In this document: in pieces, positions 10,370 through 17,756 of the stretch | How the letters are laid out: each line of letters begins with the position of its first letter | Numbering within the stretch: position 1 is the stretch's first letter | Assembly (NCBI GenBank): GCA_949288955.1 | Contig: CASEMS010000016.1 | Location: 4,379 to 68,378, forward strand | Direction of reading: 5' to 3' | DNA length: 64,000 nucleotides | DNA from: an uncultured Lentisphaeraceae bacterium | Lineage (GTDB): Bacteria; Verrucomicrobiota; Kiritimatiellia; RFP12; DVOR01 | Translations under genes and position numbers: made by a program | Notes under the pieces: generated by a model | The model's input: the letters and a program-made list of their open reading frames with translations, nothing else | What the model was told of the DNA's origin: nothing | Database searches by the model: none

Positions 10370-10827
10370 CGCCGCGCCCACCGCCTCCGCGCCAAGGCCC
10401 ACGCCATCATGAGCGCGCCGCAGACCGCCGCCGCCACCGCCGCGCCGCAGGCGTTGGCCGCCATGTCCCGGAGATCGAAGCTGCGGCAGGCCCACCCCAA
10501 CGCCGTCACGGCCCACTGCCCGCACTCCATCAGCGCCCCCCACGCCACCGCCGCGCCGAAGGCCCACCACGGCGAAGGCACCCCGCGCACCCGCCCCGGC
10601 AACGCCATCCAGAGCGTCCCGCAAAGCCCAAAATACATCGCCGCGTGCGCCGCCTTGTCCGCCGGCACCCCCAAGGCCCGCACCAACCCCCAGAACCACG
10701 GCGCCTCGACCTCCGTGCGCAGGCTCTCCCCGTCCGCCAGCGACAGCCACGTGACCGTCCCCAGCACCGCCAAGGCCAAGCCCCGGCGCGCCCACAGCCA
10801 ACCCTTCTCCAAACGTTCCCTCTTCAT
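10366..10827 (-). CDS. VanZ-like family membrane protein
   Basis: MKRERLEKGWLWARRGLALAVLGTVTWLSLADGE...DKAAHAAMYFGLCGTLW... is a small 4-TM protein of VanZ-like pattern. ATGA overlap with the downstream glycosyltransferase start. Confidence 0.6.
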   Translation of the reverse strand: MKRERLEKGWLWARRGLALAVLGTVTWLSLADGESLRTEVEAPWFWGLVRALGVPADKAAHAAMYFGLCGTLWMALPGRVRGVPSPWWAFGAAVAWGALMECGQWAVTALGWACRSFDLRDMAANACGAAVAAAVCGALMMAWALARRRWARR

Positions 10828-10878
10828 AGGTGGGTAGGATAACAAAAAACGGGCCTTGGTCGCCCAAGGCCCGCAAGA

Positions 10879-10952
10879 TGGAGGCGCGAATCGGAGTCGA
10901 ACCGGTCTAAAAGGATTTGCAGTCCTCTGCCTAGCCGCTTGGCTATCGCGCC
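10879..10952 (-). tRNA. tRNA-Cys: tRNA-Cys (anticodon GCA), CCA encoded
   Basis: Reverse complement is GGCGCGATAGCCAAGCGGCTAGGCAGAGGACTGCAAATCCTTTTAGACCGGTTCGACTCCGATTCGCGCCTCCA. 7-bp acceptor stem GGCGCGA/TCGCGCC, anticodon loop CTGCAAA, T-loop TTCGACT. One C-A mismatch in the T stem. Confidence 0.88.
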
Positions 10953-10967
10953 AAAAAGAATGGGGAT

Positions 10968-10996
10968 AGGATAGCATAACCCGCCCCCGCCTGCAA
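10968..10996 (-). promoter_or_regulatory. sigma70-type promoter for tRNA-Cys
   Basis: Minus strand: TTGCAG (10996..10991), 17-nt spacer containing TG, TATCCT (10973..10968). An A-tract lies upstream of -35. The -10 ends about 15 nt before the mature tRNA 5' end. Confidence 0.5.
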
Positions 10997-11028
10997 ACGT
11001 TTTTTTGGCCGCGGGCTGTGTGGGATGG

Positions 11029-11545
11029 GCTCAGCCGCCGATCCACCCCGACTCAGCCGCCGATCCACCCTGGCTCAGCCGCCGATCCACTTCGGGTCAG
11101 CCGCCGATCCTCCTTGGGGCAACCGCAAAGACGCAAGGTTGCGCGGGAGGCTTGCGGGCATGATGGGGAGGCTTGGAAGTTTGGAGGCTTGGAGGCTTGG
11201 GGGGCTTTGACCGCAAAGACGCAAGGGGGCGCGGGAGGCTTGCGGGCTCCGCCGGTCGCTCTGCGGGCTTTGCCCGCTGACCGCTCCCTACCGCCCTCGC
11301 CTCCCGCGCTGCCCAAATGAGTCCCCCGCCATGTTTCGTGGTCTCCCCGCGTCGTCCTGCGCGGGCCACGCCCGCGCCCCCCTTTGTGCCCTTTGTGCCC
11401 GTTGTGATTTCTTCCCCGTTGTGCTTCGTGCTTCTCCGTGCCCCCCTTCGTGCCCTTGGTGATCTCCCCCCTGGCAGTCCTGTCGGCGGTAGCCGACCCC
11501 CAATCCGCCCCAATCCGCGCAATCTGCGGTTCCCCTTTGTCGGCC
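11029..11545. repeat. composite intergenic repeat locus R2 (inverted copy of R1)
   Basis: 22-bp array with units starting at 11029, 11051, 11073 and 11095 (ctcagccgccgatccac...). A 38-bp module accgcaaagacgcaagg..gcgcgggaggcttgcgggc is duplicated at 11121..11158 and 11209..11246, flanking a ggaggcttgg microsatellite. Hairpin gcgcgggccacgcccgcgc at 11358..11376. The remainder is the reverse complement of R1. Confidence 0.85.
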
Positions 11546-11570
11546 AATGCTTCCCAGATGGCGGGGGAGT

Positions 11571-11579
11571 TGTTATACT
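11571..11579 (+). promoter_or_regulatory. predicted extended -10 promoter (TGTTATACT), possibly leaderless
   Basis: TGtTATACT ends 6 nt before the ATG at 11586 (MKTTSLLL...). Confidence 0.35.
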
Positions 11580-11585
11580 AATGGT

Positions 11586-11747
11586 ATGAAGACGACATCT
11601 CTCTTGTTGGCGGCGATGCTCCCGGGTGCGCTGTTGGCGCAGGGCATGGCCACGGGCACGGTCTCGCGCGTGGAGGCCTCCGCGCGCGTCGAGGGCGCGC
11701 CTCCGAGGAGGAGAAGGCACGTCTGCGCCACGCCTGCGGCGGCATGA
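11586..11747 (+). pseudogene. detached signal-peptide ORF, probably the frameshifted 5' end of the GH3 gene
   Basis: MKTTSLLLAAMLPGALLAQG is a signal peptide, in a different frame from the GH3 body. Its TGA overlaps the GH3 ATG at 11744. GH3-like sequence (ASEEEKARLRHACGG) continues upstream of 11744 in the GH3 frame, but that frame has no start codon there. Confidence 0.5.
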
Positions 11748-13798
11748 GCTCGGGCCTGCTCCCGCGCGTCGGCCTGCCGGAGATCCGCACGCTCGACGGC
11801 CCGAACGGCCCGCGCACGGACTATAAGCGGCCCGTTACCTACTTCCCCACGGCCATCGCCTATGCGGCGACATGGGACGAGGCGTTGGTGGAGGAGATCG
11901 GCCGGGTGCTGGGGCGCGAGACGCGCGGCGCGTACTCGGTGGGCGAGGTGCCGGCGCGGATGCTGTTGGGGCCGGGGGTGAACATCGCCCGCACACCGCT
12001 TGGGGGGCGCAACTTCGAGTACTTCGGCGAGGATCCGCTCCTCTCGGGCAAGATGGCGGCGGCGATTTGCCGCGGCCTCCAGTCCGTCAAAGTCTCGGCC
12101 TGCGTGAAGCACTGGGTGCTGAACGACCAAGAGTGGGCGCGCACCGTCATCAGCGTGGACTGCCCCGAGCGCGCGTTGCGCGAGATTTACGCCCGCCCCT
12201 TCGAGATTGCGGTGAGGGAGGGGAAGTGCTGGGCCATCATGGGCGGCTACAACGCCGTGCGCGGCCAATGGTGCTCGCACAACGCCTACCTCAACGACCT
12301 GCTCACCTCCTTTGGTTTCGACGGCGCCATCTATTCCGACTGGGGCGCGTGGCATGACACGGTGAAGGCCATCAACGGCGGCGCGACCATCGAGTCCGGC
12401 GTGAAGGTGAACCCGAAGCGCGACGCCTGGGAGGCCGAGCAGGTGCGCAAAGGCGTCATCGACGCCAAGCGCGCCGAGGAGGCCACCCGCCGCAACCTGC
12501 GCAACCTCTTTCGCATGGGCGCCTTCGACCTCGCCACCGAGGCCGACAAGGCTGAGCAGGCCGCCTGCGAGCGGAGTGTCCATTCGCCCGAGCACCGCGC
12601 CTTCGCCCGCCGCGTGGCGTGCGAGGGCGCCGTGTTGCTGAAGAACGACAAGGCCTTTCTGCCGCGCGACGAGAAGGCCATCCGCAAAATCGCGGTCATC
12701 GGCCCCAACGCAGACCAGTATCACTCGATGATCGACGGCAGCCACGTCCATCGGCGCGGCGGCGCGGGCGCCGTCCACACCGACCGCGAGATAACCCCGC
12801 TGGCGGCCTTCGTGGAGCGCTTCGGGCGCGAGCGCGTCCTCTGCGCCCCCGGTTTCCGCTTCGAGAACCAAGGCCGCAAGGACGCCATCTCCGTGCCGGG
12901 GATGCCCGCGATGGACCCCGTCGAGGCCGCCAAGCAGGCCGACCTCGTCGTCTTCTGCGGCGGGTTAGACCATAGCCTCGACCGCGAGGCGCCGGGGTGG
13001 GCCAACATCTACCCCTCCGACAAGCCAGACCTCGGGCTCAAAGGCCCGCAGGCCGAGCTGATCCGCAAGGTGGCCGCCGCGAACCCCAACGTCGTCGTCG
13101 CCCTCACCACCGGCGCCCCCGTCTCCGTCGAGGAGTGGATCGACGACGTGCCCGCCCTGCTGGTTACCTGGTACGCCGGCGGCGAGGGCGGCCTGGCGTT
13201 GGCCGACCTCATCTTCGGCGACGCCGCCCCCGGCGGCCGCCTCCCCTACACCTGGGGCAAGCGGTTGGAGGACTGGCACTGCCACAGCCTCGGCGAAGGC
13301 ATCACCTATCCCGGTCTCCTCACCGGCGTGGACGGCAAACCGCTCCCCAAGCCCCTCATCGCCCGTGAGTTCTACCACGACGGCATCTGGGTGGGCTATC
13401 GCGGCTTCGACCGCTTCGGCAAGACGCCGCGCTGGCCCTTCGGCTTCGGCCTCACCTACACCGACTTCGCCATCGAGCCCGCCGGCGCACAGGGCGGCAA
13501 CTACGCCGTGAAGGTGCGCAACGTGGGCAAGCGCGCCGGCCGCGCCGTCGTCCAGTGCTACGTCTCCAAGCCCGAGAGCGAGGGGCAGCCCATGCCCGAG
13601 AAGGAGCTCGCGGCCTTCAAGAGCGTTACCCTCGCCCCCGGCGAGGAACGGACCGTCGCCTTCACCCTCAAGCCCGAGGACTTCCGCTATTGGAGCGAGG
13701 CCAAGGGCGCCTGGGCCATCCCCGAGGGCACCTGCGGCGTCCGCATCGGCTTCTCCGCCGGCGACCTCCCCGTGCGTTACGAGACGCGCGCCCACTAA
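11744..13798 (+). CDS. glycoside hydrolase family 3 (beta-glucosidase/beta-hexosaminidase-like)
   Basis: LPRVGLPEIRTLDGPNGPR..., GPGVNIARTPLGGRNFEYFGEDPLLSG, KHWVLNDQE, and GFDGAIYSDWGA with the nucleophile-region SDW. The C-terminal GH3 and fibronectin-like parts are present. Confidence 0.88.
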   Translation: MSSGLLPRVGLPEIRTLDGPNGPRTDYKRPVTYFPTAIAYAATWDEALVEEIGRVLGRETRGAYSVGEVPARMLLGPGVNIARTPLGGRNFEYFGEDPLLSGKMAAAICRGLQSVKVSACVKHWVLNDQEWARTVISVDCPERALREIYARPFEIAVREGKCWAIMGGYNAVRGQWCSHNAYLNDLLTSFGFDGAIYSDWGAWHDTVKAINGGATIESGVKVNPKRDAWEAEQVRKGVIDAKRAEEATRRNLRNLFRMGAFDLATEADKAEQAACERSVHSPEHRAFARRVACEGAVLLKNDKAFLPRDEKAIRKIAVIGPNADQYHSMIDGSHVHRRGGAGAVHTDREITPLAAFVERFGRERVLCAPGFRFENQGRKDAISVPGMPAMDPVEAAKQADLVVFCGGLDHSLDREAPGWANIYPSDKPDLGLKGPQAELIRKVAAANPNVVVALTTGAPVSVEEWIDDVPALLVTWYAGGEGGLALADLIFGDAAPGGRLPYTWGKRLEDWHCHSLGEGITYPGLLTGVDGKPLPKPLIAREFYHDGIWVGYRGFDRFGKTPRWPFGFGLTYTDFAIEPAGAQGGNYAVKVRNVGKRAGRAVVQCYVSKPESEGQPMPEKELAAFKSVTLAPGEERTVAFTLKPEDFRYWSEAKGAWAIPEGTCGVRIGFSAGDLPVRYETRAH

Positions 13799-13814
13799 GC
13801 GCGGAGCCGCCGCC

Positions 13815-14183
13815 ATGAGCCTCGTCGAAATCCTCTGGGAGCTCCACCAGGAGAAGCGCATCAGCCAGGCCGAGGCCGCCGCCGAGGCCAAGCAAAGCAG
13901 CCTCGAAGCCGCACAGTCCGACCTCGACCGCCTCCGCCGCCGCCTCGACCGCCAAACCCTCCTCTGTCAGGCCCTCTGGGAGCTCCTTGCCGAGAAGCTC
14001 GGCCTCACCGAGGAGGCGCTCCTGGCCCGGATGCGCGAGATCGACCGCCGCGACGGACGCGAGGACGGCAAGATCGGCGCCCGCCCCCTCCGTTGCCCCG
14101 AATGCGGCCGCACCACCACCTCCCGCCGCCGCACCTGCGCCTATTGCGGCGCCGCGATGCGGCGGGAGCACCTTTTCGAGTGA
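13815..14183 (+). CDS. hypothetical coiled-coil protein with C-terminal zinc ribbon
   Basis: 122 aa, helical N-terminus, then CPECG...CAYCG. Located immediately upstream of scpA. Confidence 0.55.
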   Translation: MSLVEILWELHQEKRISQAEAAAEAKQSSLEAAQSDLDRLRRRLDRQTLLCQALWELLAEKLGLTEEALLARMREIDRRDGREDGKIGARPLRCPECGRTTTSRRRTCAYCGAAMRREHLFE

Positions 14184-14189
14184 GGCCCG

Positions 14190-14996
14190 ATGGCCGACGC
14201 CACCCTCCCCCTCTTCGACGACTACAAGGTCAGCCTCGACGCCTTCGAGGGCCCCCTCGACCTCCTCCTCTTCCTCATCCGGAAGGAGGAGGTCGACATC
14301 TTCGACATCCCCATCGGCCGCATCACCGACCAATACCTCGCCTACCTCGCCCGCTGGCGCGCCCTCGACGTGAACGTCGCCGGCGAGTTCGCCGTCATGG
14401 CCGCCACCCTCATGCTCATCAAGAGCCGCACCCTCCTCCCCCGCGAGGCCCAGCCCGGCGACGAGGACGGGGAGGAGGAAGGCCCCGACCCCCGCCTCGA
14501 CCTCGTCCGCCAGCTCATCGAATACAAACGGTGCAAGGAGACCGCCGCCGACCTCTCCGTGCGCGAGGCCCTCCGCGGCGAGACCTTCCCCCGCGGCCGC
14601 CACGACGCGCCCCCACCCCCCGGCCCCCCGCCCCTGCGCCTGGGCGACGTGGGGGTCGACGCGCTCCTGGCCGCCTTCAAGGCCGTCCTCGCCCGCGCCG
14701 GCGAGACCGTCTCCTTCGGCCACCTCAAGATGCGCCGCTGGTCCGTCCCCGACAAGATCCGCGCCATCCTCGGCCGCGTCGCCCAGGCGCGCCACCTCCG
14801 CTTCGACACCCTCTTCGCCCCCGACGCCCCCAAAGGCGAGGTCATCGTTACCTTCGTCGCGCTCCTGGAGTTGCTGCGCCTGCGCCATGTAACCGTCACG
14901 CAGACGGCGCCCTTCGGCGAACTCTGGGTCGACGCCATCCCCGAAGGCACCCCCGACGCCCACCTCCCCCTCCCCGCCTTCGACGAGGACGCCTGA
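14190..14996 (+). CDS. scpA: segregation and condensation protein A
   Basis: YKVSLDAFEGPLDLLLFLIRKEEVDIFDIPIGRITDQYLAYL is a typical ScpA N-terminus. 268 aa. Confidence 0.88.
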   Translation: MADATLPLFDDYKVSLDAFEGPLDLLLFLIRKEEVDIFDIPIGRITDQYLAYLARWRALDVNVAGEFAVMAATLMLIKSRTLLPREAQPGDEDGEEEGPDPRLDLVRQLIEYKRCKETAADLSVREALRGETFPRGRHDAPPPPGPPPLRLGDVGVDALLAAFKAVLARAGETVSFGHLKMRRWSVPDKIRAILGRVAQARHLRFDTLFAPDAPKGEVIVTFVALLELLRLRHVTVTQTAPFGELWVDAIPEGTPDAHLPLPAFDEDA

Positions 14997-15039
14997 CGCG
15001 GCGAGGGCGGCCACGCGGCACCACGGGGAACGCCGGAGG

Positions 15040-15235
15040 GGGGAGGGCCTGAAGGACCTGAAGGACGGGAAGGACCTGAAGGACTGCCTCGCTGGCGTGG
15101 CCGCCACCCCACCGAGACTCGGCGGCCGATCCATCGAGACTCCGCGGCTACCTCTCTGAGAGTCAGCCGCCGATCCACCTCGGGTCGGCCGCCAAGTCTC
15201 CTCGGGTCGGCGGCTTCGCGGGCGGAGGGCGGGTT
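15040..15235. repeat. composite intergenic repeat locus R3
   Basis: Four 9-bp units (ctgaaggac) at 15049..15084. Shared block gcctcgctggcgtggccgccacccca, also present in R4. 22-bp-phased units gagactcggcggccgatccatc / gagactccgcggctacctctct / gagagtcagccgccgatccacc ... at about 15112..15215. Confidence 0.85.
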
Positions 15236-15268
15236 GGTGGGGCGTCGTGGGCGACCTCGGATAGGGGG

Positions 15269-15298
15269 TTGCGCAAGGTGTCGGGGGAGTGCTATATT
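15269..15298 (+). promoter_or_regulatory. sigma70-type promoter with extended -10
   Basis: TTGCGC (15269..15274), 18-nt spacer ending in TGc, TATATT (15293..15298). The same gggTTGCGC -35 context is seen at 48759. Confidence 0.5.
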
Positions 15299-15304
15299 AC
15301 CCTT

Positions 15305-15660
15305 ATCTTGCGAGACGCCAGGGGCTGTGTCTGAGCCTTGGCGCGTGACGCGAGCCGGCCGCAGGGGCCCCTTCCCCCCGCGCGGCGCCCATGACCGGAA
15401 GGGAAACGGAGCACGCGATGGCAAGAGCGACCCTTTGGGCTCACGCGCTCCCCGCTCCCAAAGCGGGGGGGGGTACGTCTTGCTAGTTGCCTCCCGCTAA
15501 GTTTCGTCCCAACCGGGCGCGCCGCGCCTGACCGCCCCGCCGTCTCGGCGCGGTCCGGCCTGCTTTCCCATCCTTTTCAGCCGTCGGGGTGTTCCCGTCG
15601 GCCCCGCCGTGTTTTCCCCGAACGCGTTGGGCACTTCCACAGGGGAATAGGAAAACGATC
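15305..15660 (+). other. about 350-nt GC-rich leader or candidate structured RNA upstream of the lipoprotein operon
   Basis: No credible ORF lies between the predicted promoter and the ATG at 15661. Contains local hairpins (cgcgtgacgcg; ccccgc-tcccaaa-gcgggg followed by a G run) and possible long-range pairing gcgcgtga...tcacgcgc. I could not match it to any known RNA family. Confidence 0.25.
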
Positions 15661-16656
15661 ATGAAGACTGGCATGAAGATTGGCGTGTTGGCGGTGGCCG
15701 GGTGCGCGTTGCTGGCCGGGTGCGTGAGCGCCCCCGAGATGTCCGAGGAGGATAAGCGCTATGCGGGGCCTTGGGTCGAGACCGCGGAGGCCTATGCCTT
15801 GGCGAACGACGATGAGCTGCGCAAGCCGAGCAAGATCGGGATCGAGGAGATGGATATGCTCTTCGACCAGATTTCCGGCGTGGCCGTGGAGTCGCTGAAC
15901 AGCGCGCTCAACACCATCTCGACGTGTGAGGCGGAGAAGTCGTGGGCCTCTTATCTGATGTGGGCCACGGATGAGCAGGGGGTGAAGGTCGTCGCGCTCG
16001 CCCAGAAGCCCGGGGAGAAGCAGGCCGAGGCGAAGGCCGAGTGTGTGACGCAGGCGAAGTTCTCCACGTTCACGACCGCGATGATGCAGGCCACGCAGGA
16101 TGTCCAGAAGGACATGGCGATCGTGGTGCAGTTCCAGAAGGACAAGGATCGGGAGGACTTGGGCGCGGATCCCGTGGCGCGCACGGCCAAGTTGGTGGCG
16201 GAGAATTACCCCGAGAGCCAGGCGGTGCTCTTTGAGACGCTCGCCAAGACGCAGACCTTCACCCCGGAAGGGAAGGCGCAGTACTACAAGGACGCGTTCC
16301 AGGTGAAGCCGATGAGCAAGGCCGAGCGGGAGAATTACCTGCTGGTGCTGGCCAAGCGCATCACCCGCCTGGTCGAGCTGCAGCAGCAGTTCGCCGCCGT
16401 GCAGCAGAAGAACAGCGACAAGCTGAGCAAGATCGCGGAGGCCGCCGCGAAGGCCGCCATGCTCGCGAAGTTCGGCAAGGCGGTCTCCGACGAGGGGATT
16501 CAGGCCCAGGAGGCGATGGCGTCGCTCAAGCGCATCGGGTTGCAGCTGGAGGCGTCGCTCAAGCTGAGCCGTTTTGAGGAGCAGGCGTTGAAGGAGTTGG
16601 ATGCGCAGAAGGCCGAGAGCGCCGCGAACGAGGCCGGAGCGACGGCCGCCAACTAA
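15661..16656 (+). CDS. hypothetical helical lipoprotein (operon gene A)
   Basis: MKTGMKIGVLAVAGCALLAGCVSAPE has a lipobox LLAGC. The rest is Ala/Lys/Gln/Glu-rich and predicted helical. I recognise no family. Confidence 0.75.
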   Translation: MKTGMKIGVLAVAGCALLAGCVSAPEMSEEDKRYAGPWVETAEAYALANDDELRKPSKIGIEEMDMLFDQISGVAVESLNSALNTISTCEAEKSWASYLMWATDEQGVKVVALAQKPGEKQAEAKAECVTQAKFSTFTTAMMQATQDVQKDMAIVVQFQKDKDREDLGADPVARTAKLVAENYPESQAVLFETLAKTQTFTPEGKAQYYKDAFQVKPMSKAERENYLLVLAKRITRLVELQQQFAAVQQKNSDKLSKIAEAAAKAAMLAKFGKAVSDEGIQAQEAMASLKRIGLQLEASLKLSRFEEQALKELDAQKAESAANEAGATAAN

Positions 16657-16668
16657 GGGGGACGAGGC

Positions 16669-17745
16669 ATGAATATCCCTGGCATTCTTTGCGTTGGCCT
16701 GCTTGTCGCGTTGGTCGCCGGTTGCGCGGATACCTCCGTGACAACCCGCCACACGGTGGCGCCCCGCCTGCCCGTGAAGGCGCAGGAGAGCCCGAATCGC
16801 GTGATCGCGTCGCGCAGGATGGTCGAAGACCGCCCGTTCAGAATGCCGGGGAACTTCTCCGGTTCCTCGTGGAAGCACATGGTCATCGGCGTCAATCCTC
16901 GCGCGAACGTCTATGCTTCCTCGTCGTCGTATTTCTCCGAGGAGGACGTGCGCTTCATGGGCGCGCGCATCCAGTCGGAGCTCGCGAAGATCAAGCGTTT
17001 CACCATCCAGGACGTCGAGGATGCGGACTATTCGGCGCTCCGCGACGCCCAGGAGGATGGGGACATCCGCATCGCCGACCGGGTCGACCAGCCGGAGATC
17101 ACGCACTTCGCGCAGTGGAACATCAAGCTGTCGACGATCTCCGAGCGCACCGGCACCTACTCGAAGGAGATCCGCGTGGTCTGCGATCTGGCGTTCAAGC
17201 TGACGGAGGCCGCCACGGGGAACATCGTGGAGGACGCGTCGCTGCCGCCTTTTGACATCTGCGAGGAGCAGCGGCTGGACAACATGGGGCGCGTCGTCTC
17301 CGGGATCAACTGGCGCGATTCGAGCGCGTTGCGTGGGATCGTGCAGCAGTTGGCCTCGCAGGGGGCTATCCGCATCGCCAACATCCTCGCCAACGAGAAC
17401 CCGTGCGGCGGCAAAATCGTCGCGTGTCTCAGCGCGAAGGCGATGGTGATGGAGAACGGCACGCGCCAGGGCATCTCCGATGGGATGCAGATGCTCGTCT
17501 ATGCGACGGTCGAGGGCGTCCCCGTGCCAATCGCCTATGCCGACGCCCAGCCCGGTCCGGACCGGACGAAGCTGGATCTGTGGAAGTTCAACGAGGACGA
17601 TCCTTTCGCGCAGACGGTGATCGCGGCGCTCAAGGCGAACCCGAGGGGCTTCAGGGAGCACGGGCTGAACGCCGTCTCCGTGGGCGAGGCGGCCAACCCG
17701 CTGTGGCGGAACAACGTCTTGGGTGTCTTCCCCGAGGACGATTGA
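16669..17745 (+). CDS. hypothetical lipoprotein with CsgG/LpoB-like module plus C-terminal PCGG...VYATV domain (gene B)
   Basis: MNIPGILCVGLLVALVAGCADTS has a lipobox. The segment HMVIGVNPRANVYASSSSYFSEEDVRFMGARIQSELAKIKRFTIQDVEDADYSALRDAQ resembles CsgG/LpoB-type lipoproteins. The C-terminal domain NPCGGKIVACLSAKAMVMENGTRQGISDGMQMLVYATVEG is shared with gene C. Confidence 0.7.
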   Translation: MNIPGILCVGLLVALVAGCADTSVTTRHTVAPRLPVKAQESPNRVIASRRMVEDRPFRMPGNFSGSSWKHMVIGVNPRANVYASSSSYFSEEDVRFMGARIQSELAKIKRFTIQDVEDADYSALRDAQEDGDIRIADRVDQPEITHFAQWNIKLSTISERTGTYSKEIRVVCDLAFKLTEAATGNIVEDASLPPFDICEEQRLDNMGRVVSGINWRDSSALRGIVQQLASQGAIRIANILANENPCGGKIVACLSAKAMVMENGTRQGISDGMQMLVYATVEGVPVPIAYADAQPGPDRTKLDLWKFNEDDPFAQTVIAALKANPRGFREHGLNAVSVGEAANPLWRNNVLGVFPEDD

Positions 17746-17756
17746 GGGAGGGTGCG

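Noticed and set aside
10370-10876. N-terminal 169-aa extension of the glycosyltransferase ORF (track ORF 8285..10876)
   Set aside because: The extension is Gly/Ala/Arg-rich junk that overlaps the VanZ-like gene in another frame. The ATG at 10369 gives a typical GT N-terminus and an ATGA coupling with VanZ.
15305-15660. Leader region as SRP RNA, RNase P RNA, tmRNA or a known riboswitch
   Set aside because: A CC-GGAA-GG tetraloop hairpin and an AGCA nearby briefly suggested SRP domain IV, but the flanking loop sequences and spacing do not fit. There is no GGAAAGUCCGGGC-type RNase P core and no tmRNA tag or acceptor. I could not find B12, GEMM, fluoride or glycine signatures by eye.
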